From the NCBI GenBank assembly GCA_964016885.1, contig OZ024743.1, positions 67,146,001 through 67,210,000 on the forward strand: a DNA stretch of 64,000 nt, in the 5' to 3' direction. Shown one piece after another: positions 15,768 through 29,389 of the stretch. This DNA comes from Eledone cirrhosa (taxonomy: Eukaryota). Each line of letters starts with the position of its first letter. Within the stretch, counting starts at the first letter, position 1. Made by a program: the position numbers and the translations under genes. Below the pieces are notes generated by a model, which had not been told where the DNA came from, searched no databases, and was given only the letters and a program-made list of their open reading frames with translations.

Positions 15768-16105
15768 GGCTCTTGGTTAAAGAGTTTGCTTCAGTAAAAA
15801 TAATTGTTTCTACTTTTGGCACAATGCCATCAATTACCCAGTACATCACTGGTACTTTATTTCATCGACCCCGCAAGTATGAAAGGCAAAGTTAACCTCG
15901 GCGGGATTTGAACTCAGATCATAAAGAGACGTAACTATACGCTTCAAAGAATGGTGTCCGACTCTCTACCGATACTGCCAAATGTTTTGTGTTCAGTGAC
16001 AGGCACAGAACTAGTGTTATCTATATAGATTCGAGTAGACTATTGCTTTGTGAGGAATATCTGATTGACGGAAACTCTGTGGAATCCTGTTATGTATATG
16101 TATAT
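15768..16105 (+). mobile_element. Second SINE family C copy, split by a family A SINE
   Basis: 15768-15800 and 15982-16105 together match 15590-15739. Confidence 0.6.
15800..15981 (-). mobile_element. tRNA-derived SINE family A (nested insertion)
   Basis: Near-full-length match to family A. Confidence 0.88.
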
Positions 16106-16210
16106 ACTCTTTGGTTTGGTCCAATTGCAACTATCTCTTCTTTCTCCTCTCTTCTCCTTTTGTCTCAATTAGCATCTAAAAATGTATGTGTGTATGTGCT
16201 TTTATATATA

Positions 16211-16271
<61 letters not shown>

Positions 16272-16705
16272 TAGAGATAGATAGATAAGTGCGTGTGTGT
16301 GCGCACATGCATGTATATATGTGTGTGCGGGTGTGTATTTTATGTTTACATATGTGAATTTTTCACTAACAACTCCAATATTACTACTCCTCACAACATG
16401 AGGAGTGGTAGGAGCATATTAACACTACTGCCACTAATACAGCTAGGCGACCGAGGCCAAAACAGCCCTTAGAAAACCCTAATGATGGAACAAAGTCTAC
16501 CTCTGTTATTTCGATCTTTTGATATGCCCAGTGCTGGAGTATGGTGTTGTTTTCTCAGTGTTTTCTGTTCAAGTTCTAGCTGTCTAACGAGGTTATAGCT
16601 GTTGAATAATGCGAATATGTATAAACGGAGTTAATTTTAACATTTTGACTTACATTTCTTGTTTATAGTCAATTAATCCACTGTTCTACTATCGTTAAAA
16701 AAGGC

Positions 16706-16924
16706 GTGTGAAGGCGTGTGGCTGAGTGGTTAGAGAATTGGATTAAACAATCGTGAGGTTGTGAGTTCGATTCCTGGATCGGGCGATGCGTTATGTCTTG
16801 AGCAAGGCACTTTATTTCACGTTGCTCCTTCTATCTGGAGTTGCTACCGATAGATAGTATTAGCAACTGGAAAGACCGATGATAACATTGTTTCCTCGGT
16901 CCGATTTGACGAAAGTCGATCGAT
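16706..16924 (+). mobile_element. tRNA-derived SINE family B
   Basis: A-box TGGCTGAGTGGTTAGA, B-box GAGTTCGATTCC, then TTGAGCAAGGCACTTTA; inverted copy at 18453-18661. Confidence 0.8.
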
Positions 16925-17104
16925 CCTTTTTTTTTACTATCGTTTCAGTGAGAAAAATGTATCGATATGCATATTAATCAATAGCATATATGCATACATT
17001 TAGGAATATATATGTATGGAAAAGGCAAACAGAAACAACAAAGCAAACGACAAGTATAATGAAGAAAGATATCATTAGTTTTACTTTTATATAGAGGAAA
17101 ATAG

Positions 17105-17140
17105 TCTTAACGATTCGGACGCTAGCCCTTCATCAGAAAA
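17105..17140 (-). ncRNA. Degenerate minimal hammerhead motif
   Basis: Minus strand: tttt CTGATGA a gggc-tagc-gtcc GAAtCGTT aaga; one core change (GAAA>GAAT). Confidence 0.5.
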
Positions 17141-17239
17141 TATAATAAGAAAGTAAAGAAGATATAGAATGATTGAGGAGACAGGCAGGGTGGTAACGGA
17201 ACATATTTATTCAGAGAAAAATAACAGGTCCATCCATGT

Positions 17240-17307
<68 letters not shown>

Positions 17308-17506
17308 ACACACACATATATATACAGCGTATATTTATGTTGATATACGAGATAATAAGCGGGAGAGGGATGAGAAAGAGCAGCGGGCAAGTGTTTGTCT
17401 GATGGATAATCTATAATATTAGATACATATCGTCTAATTTAAATTCATCTTATTTCATATATCAATATCTGACACATATATTAATTTTTTCTTTTTCTCA
17501 TCATAT

Positions 17507-17558
<52 letters not shown>

Positions 17559-17866
17559 GTGTGCAGAAAGAGAGAGAGGGAGAGAGCGAGAGAGGGAGAG
17601 CGAGAGAGGGAGAGAGTGAGAGAGAACAATGAAAAGAGACAGAAATCAGCGGGAGATAGGTAGTTATTTAGCTCATTGTACAATGTACTAATTAACTATC
17701 TCTGAATTTTATATATATCTATTGGTGTATAGAAGAATGAAACATGACAAATGACTCTGTAACCTGGGCGGATCTTCTTCGAGGAAACCTGAAGCAGTGG
17801 TCACCTACTACAAAAACTACTGGTCACTCCACCTAATCTCGCTGCAAATATATATAATTGGTACAG

Positions 17867-18040
17867 ATGGATTGGCAGTATCAGCGTCAGACACCATGCT
17901 TTGCAGCATAGAGTTATGGCCCTCTATGATCAGAGTTCAAATCCCGCCGAGGTTAGCTTTGCCTTTCATCCTTACGGGGTCGATAAAATAAAGTACCAGT
18001 AACGCACTGGGATAATTGCTGGCCTTTTGCTAAAAGTAGA
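17867..18040 (+). mobile_element. tRNA-derived SINE family A
   Basis: B-box GAGTTCAAATCCC, core and tail present; small deletion in the head. Confidence 0.88.
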
Positions 18041-18251
18041 GATTAGTACCGATTTAAAGTTTAAGCAATGAATTTCTACAATTACCCTAAGCGGAATCAT
18101 CTGAAACTCAGTGTAGAAGAAGAAATTCGTTGCTTCAACTTTGAATCAGTACTAATAAATATTTGCTCTACAGGTTCATATATTTATATTTAATCATCCT
18201 TATCGAGCCCTCTTCCGATTTATTCTTCACATTTATTATTATTATTATGTA

Positions 18252-18441
18252 GTCGATTTGCAGTATCAGTAGAGCGTCAGACACCGTGCTTTGCAGCATA
18301 GAGTTATGGCCTTTTATGTTCTGAGTTCAAATCCCGTTGAGGTTAACATTGCCTTTCATCCTTACGGAGTCGATAAAATAAAGTACCAGTAATACACTGG
18401 GGTAATTGCTAGCCTTGTGCCAAAAGTAGAACAAATTATTA
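18252..18441 (+). mobile_element. tRNA-derived SINE family A
   Basis: Full-length match. Confidence 0.88.
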
Positions 18442-18452
18442 ATGTATCGACA

Positions 18453-18661
18453 GTCGATCGATTTTCGTCGAATCGGACCGAGGAAACAATGGTCTTTCCA
18501 GTTGCTAATACTACCCATCGGTCGCAACTCCAGGTAGAAGGAGCAGCATGAAATAAAGTGTCTTGTTCAAGGACATAACGCATCGCCCGGTCCGGGAATC
18601 GAACTTACAACCTCAAGATTGTGAATCCAATTTTCTAACCACTCAGCCACGTACCTTCACA
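18453..18661 (-). mobile_element. tRNA-derived SINE family B
   Basis: Reverse complement of 16706-16924 with divergence. Confidence 0.8.
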
Positions 18662-18692
18662 AATTATTTTATATATATCTATATATACATAC

Positions 18693-18739
<47 letters not shown>

Positions 18740-18864
18740 TGTGGGTGTGTGGGTGTGTTTGTGGTGTGTTGGTGGGGTGGAGGGGCGCCTGTGTGATTGT
18801 AAAAGGTAAACAGAAATAACAACACAAGTACGTGATAAACCGAGTTAAATAGTTTTATATCTCA

Positions 18865-19293
18865 ACCCAGTACGTTGCTGGTACATTATTTTGAAGGGCG
18901 GTGGATTGGCAGTATTGGTAGAGGGTCGGACGCCATGGTTTCCAGCATAGTTACGTCCCTTTACGATCTGAGTTCAAATCCCGCCAAGGTTAACTTTGCC
19001 TTTCATCCTTACGGGGTCGATAAAATAAAGTACCAGTAATGCACTGGGTATTTGCTGGCCTTGTGCCTAAAGTAGAAACAATTATTTTGATTGGCAGTAG
19101 AAACAATTATTTTGAGTTCAAATCCCGCCGAGGTTAACTTTGCCTTTCATTTCATCCTTACGGAGTCGATAAAATAAAATACCAGTAATATACTGAGTAA
19201 TTGCTGGCCTTGTGCCAAAAGTAGAAACAATTATTTTATCGACCCGGTGAAGATGATAGGCAAAGCTAACCCCGGCAGGATGTGAACTCAGAG
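18865..19293 (+). mobile_element. Compound SINE A insertion (full-length + mini + truncated, plus strand) inside an older minus-strand SINE A
   Basis: ATTATTTT at 18885, 19081, 19106 and 19230 separates the pieces; 18865-18892 joined to 19238-19293 rebuilds a minus-strand copy. Confidence 0.8.
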
Positions 19294-19398
19294 CGGTGAA
19301 TTGACACTGTCTGTAGAGCGCCGGGCAGAGCGGTGAATTGACACTGTCTGTAGAGCGCTGGGCAGAGCGGTGAATTGACACTGTCTGTAGAGCGCCGG
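19289..19398. repeat. 3 x 37-bp tandem repeat (CAGAGCGGTGAATTGACACTGTCTGTAGAGCGCCGGG)
   Basis: Directly visible. Confidence 0.9.
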
Positions 19399-19452
19399 AC
19401 AATATGATTTTTGGTAGATACGTCCCTTTATGTTCTAATATATTTCATAATA

Positions 19453-19805
19453 TTAATAATTGTTTCTACTTTTGGCACAAGGCCAGCAATTATCCCAGTG
19501 CATTACTGGTACTTTATTTTATCGACCCCGAAAGGATGAAGGGCAAAGTTAACCTTTGCGGGATTTGAACTCAGACCGTAGAGGGCCGTAACTCTGTACT
19601 GCTAAGCATGGCGTCCGACCCTCTACCGATATGGTTTCTGATTTATGCACAAGACCGGAAATTTTGGGGCGGGGAAAGTTGATTAAATCAATCCCCGTGC
19701 ATTACTGGTGCTTTATTTTATCAACCCAGTAAGAATTAAAGGGAAAGATAACCTCGGGGGGATTTGAAGTCAGAACGCAATGGCCGTAACTCCATGTCAC
19801 TAAGT
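19453..19805 (-). mobile_element. Two tandem SINE family A copies (~19453-19631 and ~19635-19805)
   Basis: Both carry the core and a B-box-like motif; the second is the long diverged variant. Confidence 0.82.
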
Positions 19806-20144
19806 TTGTTGTCTAATAATAGTACATTAAACATAGGAATTGCACTACGGATGGAACACATAAAAAAACAGCATTGCTTGTAAGAGGTCGAATACTCTAG
19901 AGGGTACTCGAAAAATAAGGGGTGTTACCTCAGTACACTGGTAGTGAACATCTAACACTGTAATACATCTTCAGCGTTAGAAGCTGAGTAACAACAACAA
20001 CAACAACAATAAATTATGGAAAGCCCCAAAACAATCGTGTAAGTGATTGAGAAAGTGAAATATCTCCCTCACCCAGTTATTGAAAAGTTATTTCTGTTTA
20101 AATTGAAATTATATTTTACAGAAATGGGATTTCTTCTTTAATAA

Positions 20145-22550
20145 AACATCAACAACAATAACAACAACAACAACTACTCAAGAGTAAAACAAGATCAATA
20201 AGACAACAAAAACAATAACACCAAGAGCAACATAAATAATCAATAATTGATAAAGAAAAACACACATAATAAATAAAAACAAGACAATAAATAACAACAA
20301 ATTCAAATATAACAATAACAACAATAACAACAAAAACAACAATAATAGCAACAGCAATAACAGCAATAATCAACGCCGGCAGCATTAACAACAACAACAA
20401 CAACACTAACATCAATAATATAAAACAACAAACTCATATAAAATAGAGAAAACAACATAAAACATTTTAAAATCAACTATGCAAAATTTCAACAACAACA
20501 ATACCAGCAACAACAACAATAACATTAACAATATCAATAAAATTAACAATAACAATAATGATAAGCACAACAACAACATAAACAAGCACCTTACACACAA
20601 CAGCAACAACAACAACCATACATACAACAACAACCTTACAACAACAATAAAAACAACTATACATACAACAACAACAACCATACATACAGCAACAACCTTA
20701 CAACAATAATAACAACAACTATACATACAACAACAACCTTACAACAACAACTATACATACAACAACAAACTGACAACAACAACTATACATACAGCAACAA
20801 CCTTACAACAACAACAACAATACATACAACAACCTTACATACAACAACTATACATACAGCAACAACCTTACAACAACAACTATACATACAGCAACAACCT
20901 TACAACAGCAACAACAACTATACATTCAGCAACAACCTTACAACAAAAACAATACATACAACAACAACCTTACAACAACAACAACAACTATACATTCAGC
21001 AACAACCTTACAACAACAACTATACATACAACAACAAACTGACAGCAACAACAACTATACATACAGCAACAACCTTACAACAACAACTATACATACAGCA
21101 ACAACCTTACAACAACAACAATACATACAACAACCTTACATACAACAACTATACATACAGCAACAACCTTACAACAACAACAACAACTATACATACAGCA
21201 ACAACCTTACAACAACAACAATACATACAACAACCTTACATACAACAACTATACATACAGCAACAACCTTACAACAACAACAACAACTATACATACAGCA
21301 ACAACCTTACAACAACAACAACTATACATACAGCAACTTCCTTACAACAACAACAATACATACAACAACAACCTTACAACAACAACTATACATACAACAA
21401 CAACTATACATACAACAACAACCTTCCAACAACAACTATACATACAACAACAACTATACATACAACAACAACCTTACAACAACAACTATACATACAACAA
21501 AAATCTTACAACAATAATAACAACAACTATACATACAACAACAACCTTACAACAACAACTATACATACAACAAAAATCTTACAACAATAATAACAACAAC
21601 TATACATACATACAACAACAACAACCATACATACAACAACAACAACCATACATACAACAACAACAACCATACATACAACAACAACAACAACCATACATAC
21701 AACAAAAACAACCATACATACATACAACAACAACAACCATACATACAACAACAACAACCATACAGACAACAACAACAACCATACAGACAACAACAACAAC
21801 CATACAGACAACAACAACAACCATACAGACAACAACAACAACCATACAGACAACAACAACAACCATACATACAACAACAACAACCATACAGACAACAACA
21901 ACAATACATACAACAACAACCATACAGACAACAACAACAACCATACAGACAACAACAACAACCATACATACGACAACAACAACCATACAGACAACAACAA
22001 CCATACATACAACAACAACCATACATACGACAACAACAATCATACATACAACAACAACAACCATACATACGACAACAACAATCATACATACAATAACAAC
22101 AACAACAATCATACAGAAAACAACAACAACAACCATACAATAAGAACAACAAACGCACATACAATAACAACAACCACCATACATACGACAACAACAATCA
22201 TACATACAACAACAACAACAACAATCATACAGAAAACAACAACAACAACCATACAATAAGAACAACAAACGCACATACAATAACAACAACCACCATACAT
22301 ACGACAACAACAATCATACATACAACAACAACCATACAGACAACAACAACAACAACAACCATACATACGACAACAACAATCATACATACAACAACAACAA
22401 CCATACATACAACAACAACAATCATACATACAACAACAACAACCATACAATAACAAAAACAAACACATACAATAACAACAATCATACATACAACAACAAC
22501 AACAACCATACAATAACAACAACAAACACACATACAATAACAACAACCAC
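20145..22550. repeat. (AAC)n-based minisatellites (CAACCTTACAACAACAACTATACATACAG-type, then CAACAACCATACATA/CATACAGA-type)
   Basis: Directly visible; unit changes near 21600. Confidence 0.9.
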
Positions 22551-22649
22551 CATATTAAGCAACAATATTAAAAAATACCATCATCATCATCAGCTAGAAA
22601 ATTTACGACGACGGCAGGAATACACACACAACTTATATGAAGAACAGCA

Positions 22650-24420
22650 CCACTACTACTACACCACCACTACTACACCACCACTACTACTACAACACCC
22701 ACCACCACTACTACTACTACAACACCACCACTATTACACCGCCACCACTACACCGCCACCACTACTACACCACCACCACCAACTACACCACCACTACCAC
22801 ACCACCACTACTACACCACCACCACCGGCACTAGCACACAACCAACAACACCAGGTACACCCCCAACTACACAACAACCACAAACTACACCACAACTACC
22901 ACCAACTACACCACTACTACACCACCACCACCGGCACTAGCACACAACCAACAACATCAGGTACACCACCAACTACACAACAACCACAAACTACACCACC
23001 AACTACCACCAACTACACCACCACTACCACACCACCACTACTACACCACCACCACTAGCACGCAACCAACAACACCAGGTACACCACCAACAACACAACA
23101 ACCACAAACTACACCACAACTACCACCAACTCCACCACCACTACCAGACACCACTACTACACCACCACCACTAGCACACAACCAACAACACCAGGTACAC
23201 CACCAACTACACAACAACCACAAACTACACCACCACTACCACCAACTACACCACCACTACCACACCACTACTACACCACCACCACCACCCACACTAGCAC
23301 ACAACCAACAACACCAGATACACCACCAACTACACAACAACCACAAACTACACCACAACTACCACCAATTACACCACCACTACCACACCACTACTACACC
23401 ACCACCACTAGCACACAACCAACAACACCAGGTACACCACCAACTACACAACAACCACAAACTACACCACAACTACCACCAACTACACCACCACTACCAC
23501 ACCACTACTACACCACCACCACCACCGGCACTAGCACACAACCAACAACACCAGGTACACCACCAACTACACAACAACCACAAACTACACCACAACTACC
23601 ACCAACTACACCACCACTACCACACCACTACTACACCACCACCACCACCGGCACTAGCACACAACCAACAACACCAGGTACACCACCAACTACACAACAA
23701 CCACAAACTACACCACAACTACCACCAACTACACCACCACTACCACACCACTACTACACCACCACCACCGGCACACAACCAACAACACCAGGTACACCAC
23801 CAACTACACAACAACCACAAACTACACCACAACTACCACCAACTCCACCACCACTACCACACCACTACTACACCACCACCACCACCGGCACTGGCACATA
23901 ACCAACACCACCAACTCCACCACCAACAACACCACCACCACACCATCAACGACAACAACACCAACAGCTCCTCCACCACCACCACACCATCAACAACAAC
24001 ACCACCAACTCCTCCACCACCACCACCACACCATCAACAACAACAACAACACCACCAGCTCCTCCACCACCACCACACCATCAACAACAATACCACCAAC
24101 TCCACCACCACCATCACCACCACACCATCAACAACAACAACAACAACACCAGCTCCTTCACCACCACCACCACACCATCAACAACAATACCACCAACACC
24201 ACCACCATCACCACTACACCATCAACAACACCAGCTCCACCACCACCACCACCACCACACCATCAACAACAACACCACCAACCCCTCCACCACCACCACC
24301 ACCACCACACCATCAACAACAACAACAACACCACCAACTCCTCCACCACCACCACCACACCACCACACCATCAACAACACCACCAACTCCACCACCACCA
24401 CCACCACCACCACCACCATG
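22650..24420. repeat. (ACC)-rich tract containing a ~106-123-bp tandem repeat (22825-23900)
   Basis: CTAGCAC anchor at 22831, 22937, 23055, 23171, 23294, 23408, 23531 and 23654. Confidence 0.9.
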
Positions 24421-24627
24421 AACAATAATGATAATATCAACACCAACACAAGCAACAATAACATTAACAAGAACAGTAAAGGAACGATTTCAAGTACACT
24501 GCAACCCCCCCCCCCCCTCCCTCACCAACTCTGCCCAAACTTCAATGGAAATGTATTCCACGTTGGTTATATCGCTTGGTTAAATATGTGAGTCAGAAAT
24601 TTTTAGTTTGGTCTGTAATAAGTCTAA

Positions 24628-24659
<32 letters not shown>

Positions 24660-25775
24660 TCATACACATACACACACATACACACACACACACATACGCA
24701 CACACCACATACACACACATACACACATACACACACACACACACACACGTACGCACATACATACACGCACACACACACAAATTCATGCCCTCACACATAC
24801 ATACCTGTACACAAACGCACGCACGCACAGACACATAATTCTCATACACTCACATATACATACGCATACAAAAACAGACACACGCAGAGCCACACACACA
24901 TTCACACACACACATATATATATATATATAGACACATACTCACATACACACACATACGTATTTTAGTCAGTCTATCTCTTTGAGTCCTTTGACTCTATTC
25001 TCTCTAGCTTTATCTCTCTCCTCCCTCTCCCCCCTCTCTCCTTCATCTCCCCTCCCTCTCTATCTACCTTCTCTCTGTTTTATCTTTCATCAAAGAAATC
25101 TCTTCAAAATAAACGAAAGATTAACAACTTAAACTCTGCCCATCTCACAGTTCATGTTTGTCTCTCTTTACTCTCTCTCTCTCTGTCTCCCCCCCCCTCT
25201 CTCTCTCTCCCTCTCCAATCTCTTTCCTATATATCTTTCCTATTTCACTCTCATCTCTCTCTCTCTCGTATATATCGCTGCTATTTCTTACTCTGACATA
25301 TATATATATAGAAATATGGAATTTGATGTCGAAACAGCAAGAGCTCAGCCGTTAGGCCCAGGCTCTCTACAATATATCCTCTATCTCCCTCACCCCTCGC
25401 TCCTCCTACCACAGTGTTTCTGTTCATTCATCTCAGCCTCATATTTTCTCTATACATTAAAATATTCAGATTAAGTAAACCTGTTATAAGGCTTTCTAAT
25501 TTTGAAAGACCTTTGGGATGAAGAAAAATACTAAAAAAAAAAAAATGTTTATATGGGCTGCAATGTATGACTTATCGGAAAAATAAAGTACCAAAGGCCA
25601 CATTAACCTCGGCAAGATTTGAACACAGAATATAAGGAAACATATAAGGAAATATGCTGCAAAATATTTTAACAGATGTTCTAACGATCCACCACCCTGA
25701 AACCTGCATATTAGTATAAAAGCATATATGTACACACACACATATATATATATATATTATATATATATATGTGTG

Positions 25776-25823
<48 letters not shown>

Positions 25824-26049
25824 GTGTGTGTGTTATTGCAAGTACTCTGAGTACAAATGTACACGTTTAATACGGATACATCTTGTTTCCTTCAGTGAGT
25901 AATGAGATTAATCGGGCGATAATGAATAATTTCCTTGTCGCCCTGTTAAACTATAAACAATATGTATATATACTACCCTAAGTATTGAGTACTCTGGTGC
26001 GTTATGGTCCATCTGGTTTCTTACCACACCTCCTTCGTTATATATATAT

Positions 26050-26529
26050 GAATTTGTTTAGCAAGGTTTTTGATATGAAATCGTGTGTCGAAACAAATAT
26101 TGTTATACTTGGTGAGGGTCATATTGTTGTAATAATATTGCCAGAAATAATAACTGAACACACTCACTGTTTGGTTGGTTTTCTTCTGTATCTTTTATAT
26201 CTCCATAGTTAATTTATTTGGCAATCAATGTTTATCATTGATTGACCAACGGTTAAAAATACAGATATAAATATATATATATAGTCTATCAAAGTTCTTT
26301 CGTTGCACATCTGCAAAATCATCAGTGGTACTATTATGTTCCCTCCTGTTGTATTGTATTATATTGTAATGTCTACACCATTTTTATTTTATAAACATTG
26401 ATTGCCAAATAAATTAACTATGGAGATATAAAAGATACAGAAGAAAACCAACCAAACAGTGAGTGTCTTCTGTTATTATTTCTGGCAATATTATTACAAA
26501 AATATGACGCTCCCCAAGTATAACAATAT
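26050..26529 (-). mobile_element. Hammerhead-bearing short element with foldback (arms ~26097-26235 and ~26391-26529)
   Basis: Arms are near-perfect reverse complements; homologous to 32592-33155; flanked by TA runs. Confidence 0.7.
26288..26329 (-). ncRNA. Minimal type-I hammerhead motif
   Basis: Minus strand: acca CTGATGA tt ttgca-gatg-tgcaa c GAAAGAACTT tgat; same family as 32910-32952 with a different but still paired stem II; stem I imperfect. Confidence 0.6.
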
Positions 26530-26628
26530 ATATATATAATGGAAAAATTTGAACAGGAACAAAACAGAGAGGCAGTACAACGAATGTTTATTAATTTCAC
26601 GCTCTGGAGAGTGGGGTGGTGGTGGGGA

Positions 26629-26660
26629 ACGACGTTTCGGGCATAAGCCCTTCTTCATGT
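26629..26660 (-). ncRNA. PLE hammerhead motif, core-mutated (C3>A)
   Basis: Minus strand: ac ATGAAGA a gggc-ttat-gccc GAAACGTC gt; the copy at 40568-40599 has CTGAAGA. Confidence 0.65.
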
Positions 26661-28104
26661 GAGAAGTGTGTGGGAAGAGAGTTCAAAGGGTGTGTAGGGG
26701 AGTGGTGGAGAGACATATAGCGAAAAGGGGGTGGGAGGAAACGGTGCGAATGAAATTAAAAATAAAAATAAAACATGATCAAAATAAAATGAAATTAAAA
26801 AGGGGTAAAACGGGTGGTGGAAGAGTGTGGGGTGTGTAGGGGTGGTGGCGGGTGGAGTGGGGAGAGGGAGACGGGGTGTCCGAGCGGGGAGGGCTGAAGG
26901 TGGTGCGTGTGTGTAGGTGTACGTGTGTGTGTGTGTGTATGTGTGTGTGTGTGTATGTGAAAGCAAGGGTTGGGGGAAGAACGGGGTTGCATGTTCAGGA
27001 AGAGGTGTGTGTGGGGTGGGGTGTAGGTCGGAGTGTCTGTGCGTGTGTGGATAGAGGGGTGGGGGGAGAGGAATCCGGAGGCTGAGGGTGTAAATATGTG
27101 GTGGAAAGCACGTGTGTGTGGGGTTTAAGCGTGTTGTGGGTGTAGGTGGCGTGTGGGAGAAAAACATTTTTTTGGGGTGTGTGTGTGGGTGAGTTATATA
27201 GGTGATTCCGTAAGAGGATGTGGTTGAAATGTTGGTAAACTCCTATGATGTTAGTAGATTCCACGGTGGTCAAGTTCAACATACGAGTATTCCATGAACA
27301 GATGGTCGGAAGAGGAGAAATGTGGGGTGCGCGCGCAACAGGAAGTGGTCAAGGCGGTGGGAGTGCTGTGTGTCTGTTTGTGCTGGGAGGTGGTCAGAGG
27401 GCATAGCAGCAGTCGGGTGGAATGGTAAAGGGGCGAGGATGGGTAGGTATGAAAGTTGGAGTGAGGAGGGTGTGTGTGTGTATTAGTAGAGGTGTTAGTG
27501 GGATGTGTGAGTGTGGAGAAAGGGTGTGGGTGGAGCGGGGAGAGAAGGGTGTGGGGTCGATGGAGGGAGTGTGGTGAACTGGTGTGTGTGTAGTTTGATG
27601 AAGGGGGTGTTAGTATACGGGAGGTGGGGAAAGGGTAGAATGCAGGTGTGAGTGGGGGTTAGTGGTGGTAGGGTGTGTAGAGTTGGTGGTGTACGAGGGT
27701 GTGTGGGTACGTGTGCGTGGGATTGGGGGGTGTTAGTGATGTTAGTTGCGTGTGGGGTGGGTGGTGTAAGTGGGTGCGTGTGTTCGTGTGCTTGGGGTCA
27801 GGGGGTGTTAGTGATGTTAGTTGCGGGGTGGTGGGATGGAGGTGTGGGGGTGAGGGTTAGTGGTGGTAGTAGGGTGTGTGTTTAGTGTAAGCGCGTGTAT
27901 ATATGTGCCGGTGGGTGTGTGCGTGTGATAAGGAGGGGGGGAGAAGAAGGGAGGGATGTTAGTATGTTAGTTGGGGAAGGGTGGTCGGATGAGGGGTGGA
28001 GTGGAGGTGTTAGTATTGTTAGTTGTGGGGTGGGCGGTGAAAAGGAGGGGTGTGTTAGTGGTGTTAGTGGGGGATATGTGTGGGGGGAGGGGGGCGTTCG
28101 AAGG

Positions 28105-29103
28105 CTAAAGGAATAAGGGTGGGGAGTTCAGGCCGGGGGGAGTGTGGGTCTGTAAGATGAAGATGGATCTTTGTTCGACTCTAAGGAAATTGGCGGGTGT
28201 TCCGTGGCATTGGAGTAGGCCACAGACTGTGAGATGGCGTGCGGAATGTCCAGGGGCACCAAAGTGGGGGGCGATGGGGGAACTACCACCGACACGAATA
28301 TCCCGGAGGTGCTCAGTGAATCGGTCCGCCAGGCGACGTCCCGTCTGTCCGACGCAAGTCGCGCTGCAATCCGTGCAGCGAAGTCCGTAGGCTATGTTGG
28401 AGGAGGTGCAGCGGAAGGCATGCCGGACAGAGAGAGAGTGGCCGTTGGGACCCTGGAAGGTGGTGGTGTTGGTGATGTGGGGACAGGTGTTGTAGTGGTG
28501 CCTAGAACAGGGAAAGGAACCGGGGGGGGGGTAGCGTGGGTTGGGGGTAGGGAGCTGTGGACGAGGAGGGTGAGGAGTTGCGTGCGCGTTTGAAGGAGGG
28601 GAGTGGTGGGGTTGGGAAGATGTGGGAGGTGGAGGGGTCGGACTGGAGGCGTCGGAAGAGGCGGCAGATGGTGGAGGGGTAAGGTGGAGGGGTGGTAGGT
28701 GATGGGGAATGGGAGACGGTGGGTGAGTGTGCGGTGGCGTGGGGTGAGGGTGGTGGAGCGGTGGACAGCACGGGCGCGGGTGAGAGCGGTGTGGACGAGA
28801 GAGGGGGTAACCTCTGCGGATGAAATGGCTGACTAGGGAAAAGGCCTGGGACTCGAAGTCAGCATCTCGGCTACAGAGGCGGCGGATCCTGAGGAGTTAG
28901 GAGTAGGGAATGGAGTGTTTAGTGTGGGTGGGTTGGGAAGAGGTGAAGTCGAGGTAAGAGTGGGAGTCGGTGGGTTTGAAGAAGGCGGAGGTGACTAGGG
29001 AGTGGTGGGAGGGGTCGAAGGCGACGGAGATGTCTAAGAAGTGGACGTGGGTGGTGGAGATAGAGGTGGTGAAGTGGAGGGAGGAGTGGAAGGAGCAGAA
29101 GAA

Positions 29104-29105
<2 letters not shown>
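28105..29105 (-). pseudogene. PLE reverse transcriptase (C-terminal/thumb) + GIY-YIG endonuclease, disrupted
   Basis: Hand translation: FHSSLHFTTSISTTHVHFLDIS..KPTDSHSYL..HTKHSIPYS*LLRIRRLCS..RGYP / LQSDPSTSHIFPTPPLPSFKRARN / PGSFPCSR..TCPHI..FRCTSSNIAYGLRCTDCSATCVGQTGRRLADRFTEHLRDI..EQRSIFILQTHTPPGLN..*; frameshifts and a stop. Confidence 0.9.
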
Positions 29106-29137
<32 letters not shown>

Positions 29138-29204
29138 CAGTTTACATTTATTGTATTCAGTATGTATAGCGGTAAACTATTTGAGCTTTTCGAATATTAA
29201 TAAT

Positions 29205-29389
29205 TGTTTCTACTTTAGGCACAAGGCCAGCAATCACCCAGTGCATTACTGGTACTTTATTTTATCGACCCCGTAAGGATGAAAGGCAAAGTCAACCTCG
29301 GCGAGATTTGAACTCAGATCATAAAGGGACGTAACTATGCTGGAAAGCATGGCGTCCGACCCTCTACCGATACTCCCAATCCACCTCCA
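29205..29389 (-). mobile_element. SINE family A with 18-bp target-site duplication
   Basis: TTTTCGAATATTAATAAT at 29187-29204 and 29390-29407. Confidence 0.92.

Larger units (their letters stand above)
26538..29107 (-). mobile_element. 5'-truncated Penelope-like retroelement (Neptune-type), copy 1
   Basis: RT C-terminus and GIY-YIG remnants (28105-29105), ~1.5-kb 3' region, hammerhead motif and AATAAA near the 3' end; both ends in (TA)n. Confidence 0.9.

Noticed and set aside
22825-23900. His-rich reading frame (ALAHNQQHQVHHQLHNNHKLHH) in the ~120-bp repeat
   Set aside because: Units of 106, 118 and 116 bp break frame; no start codon or splice context seen
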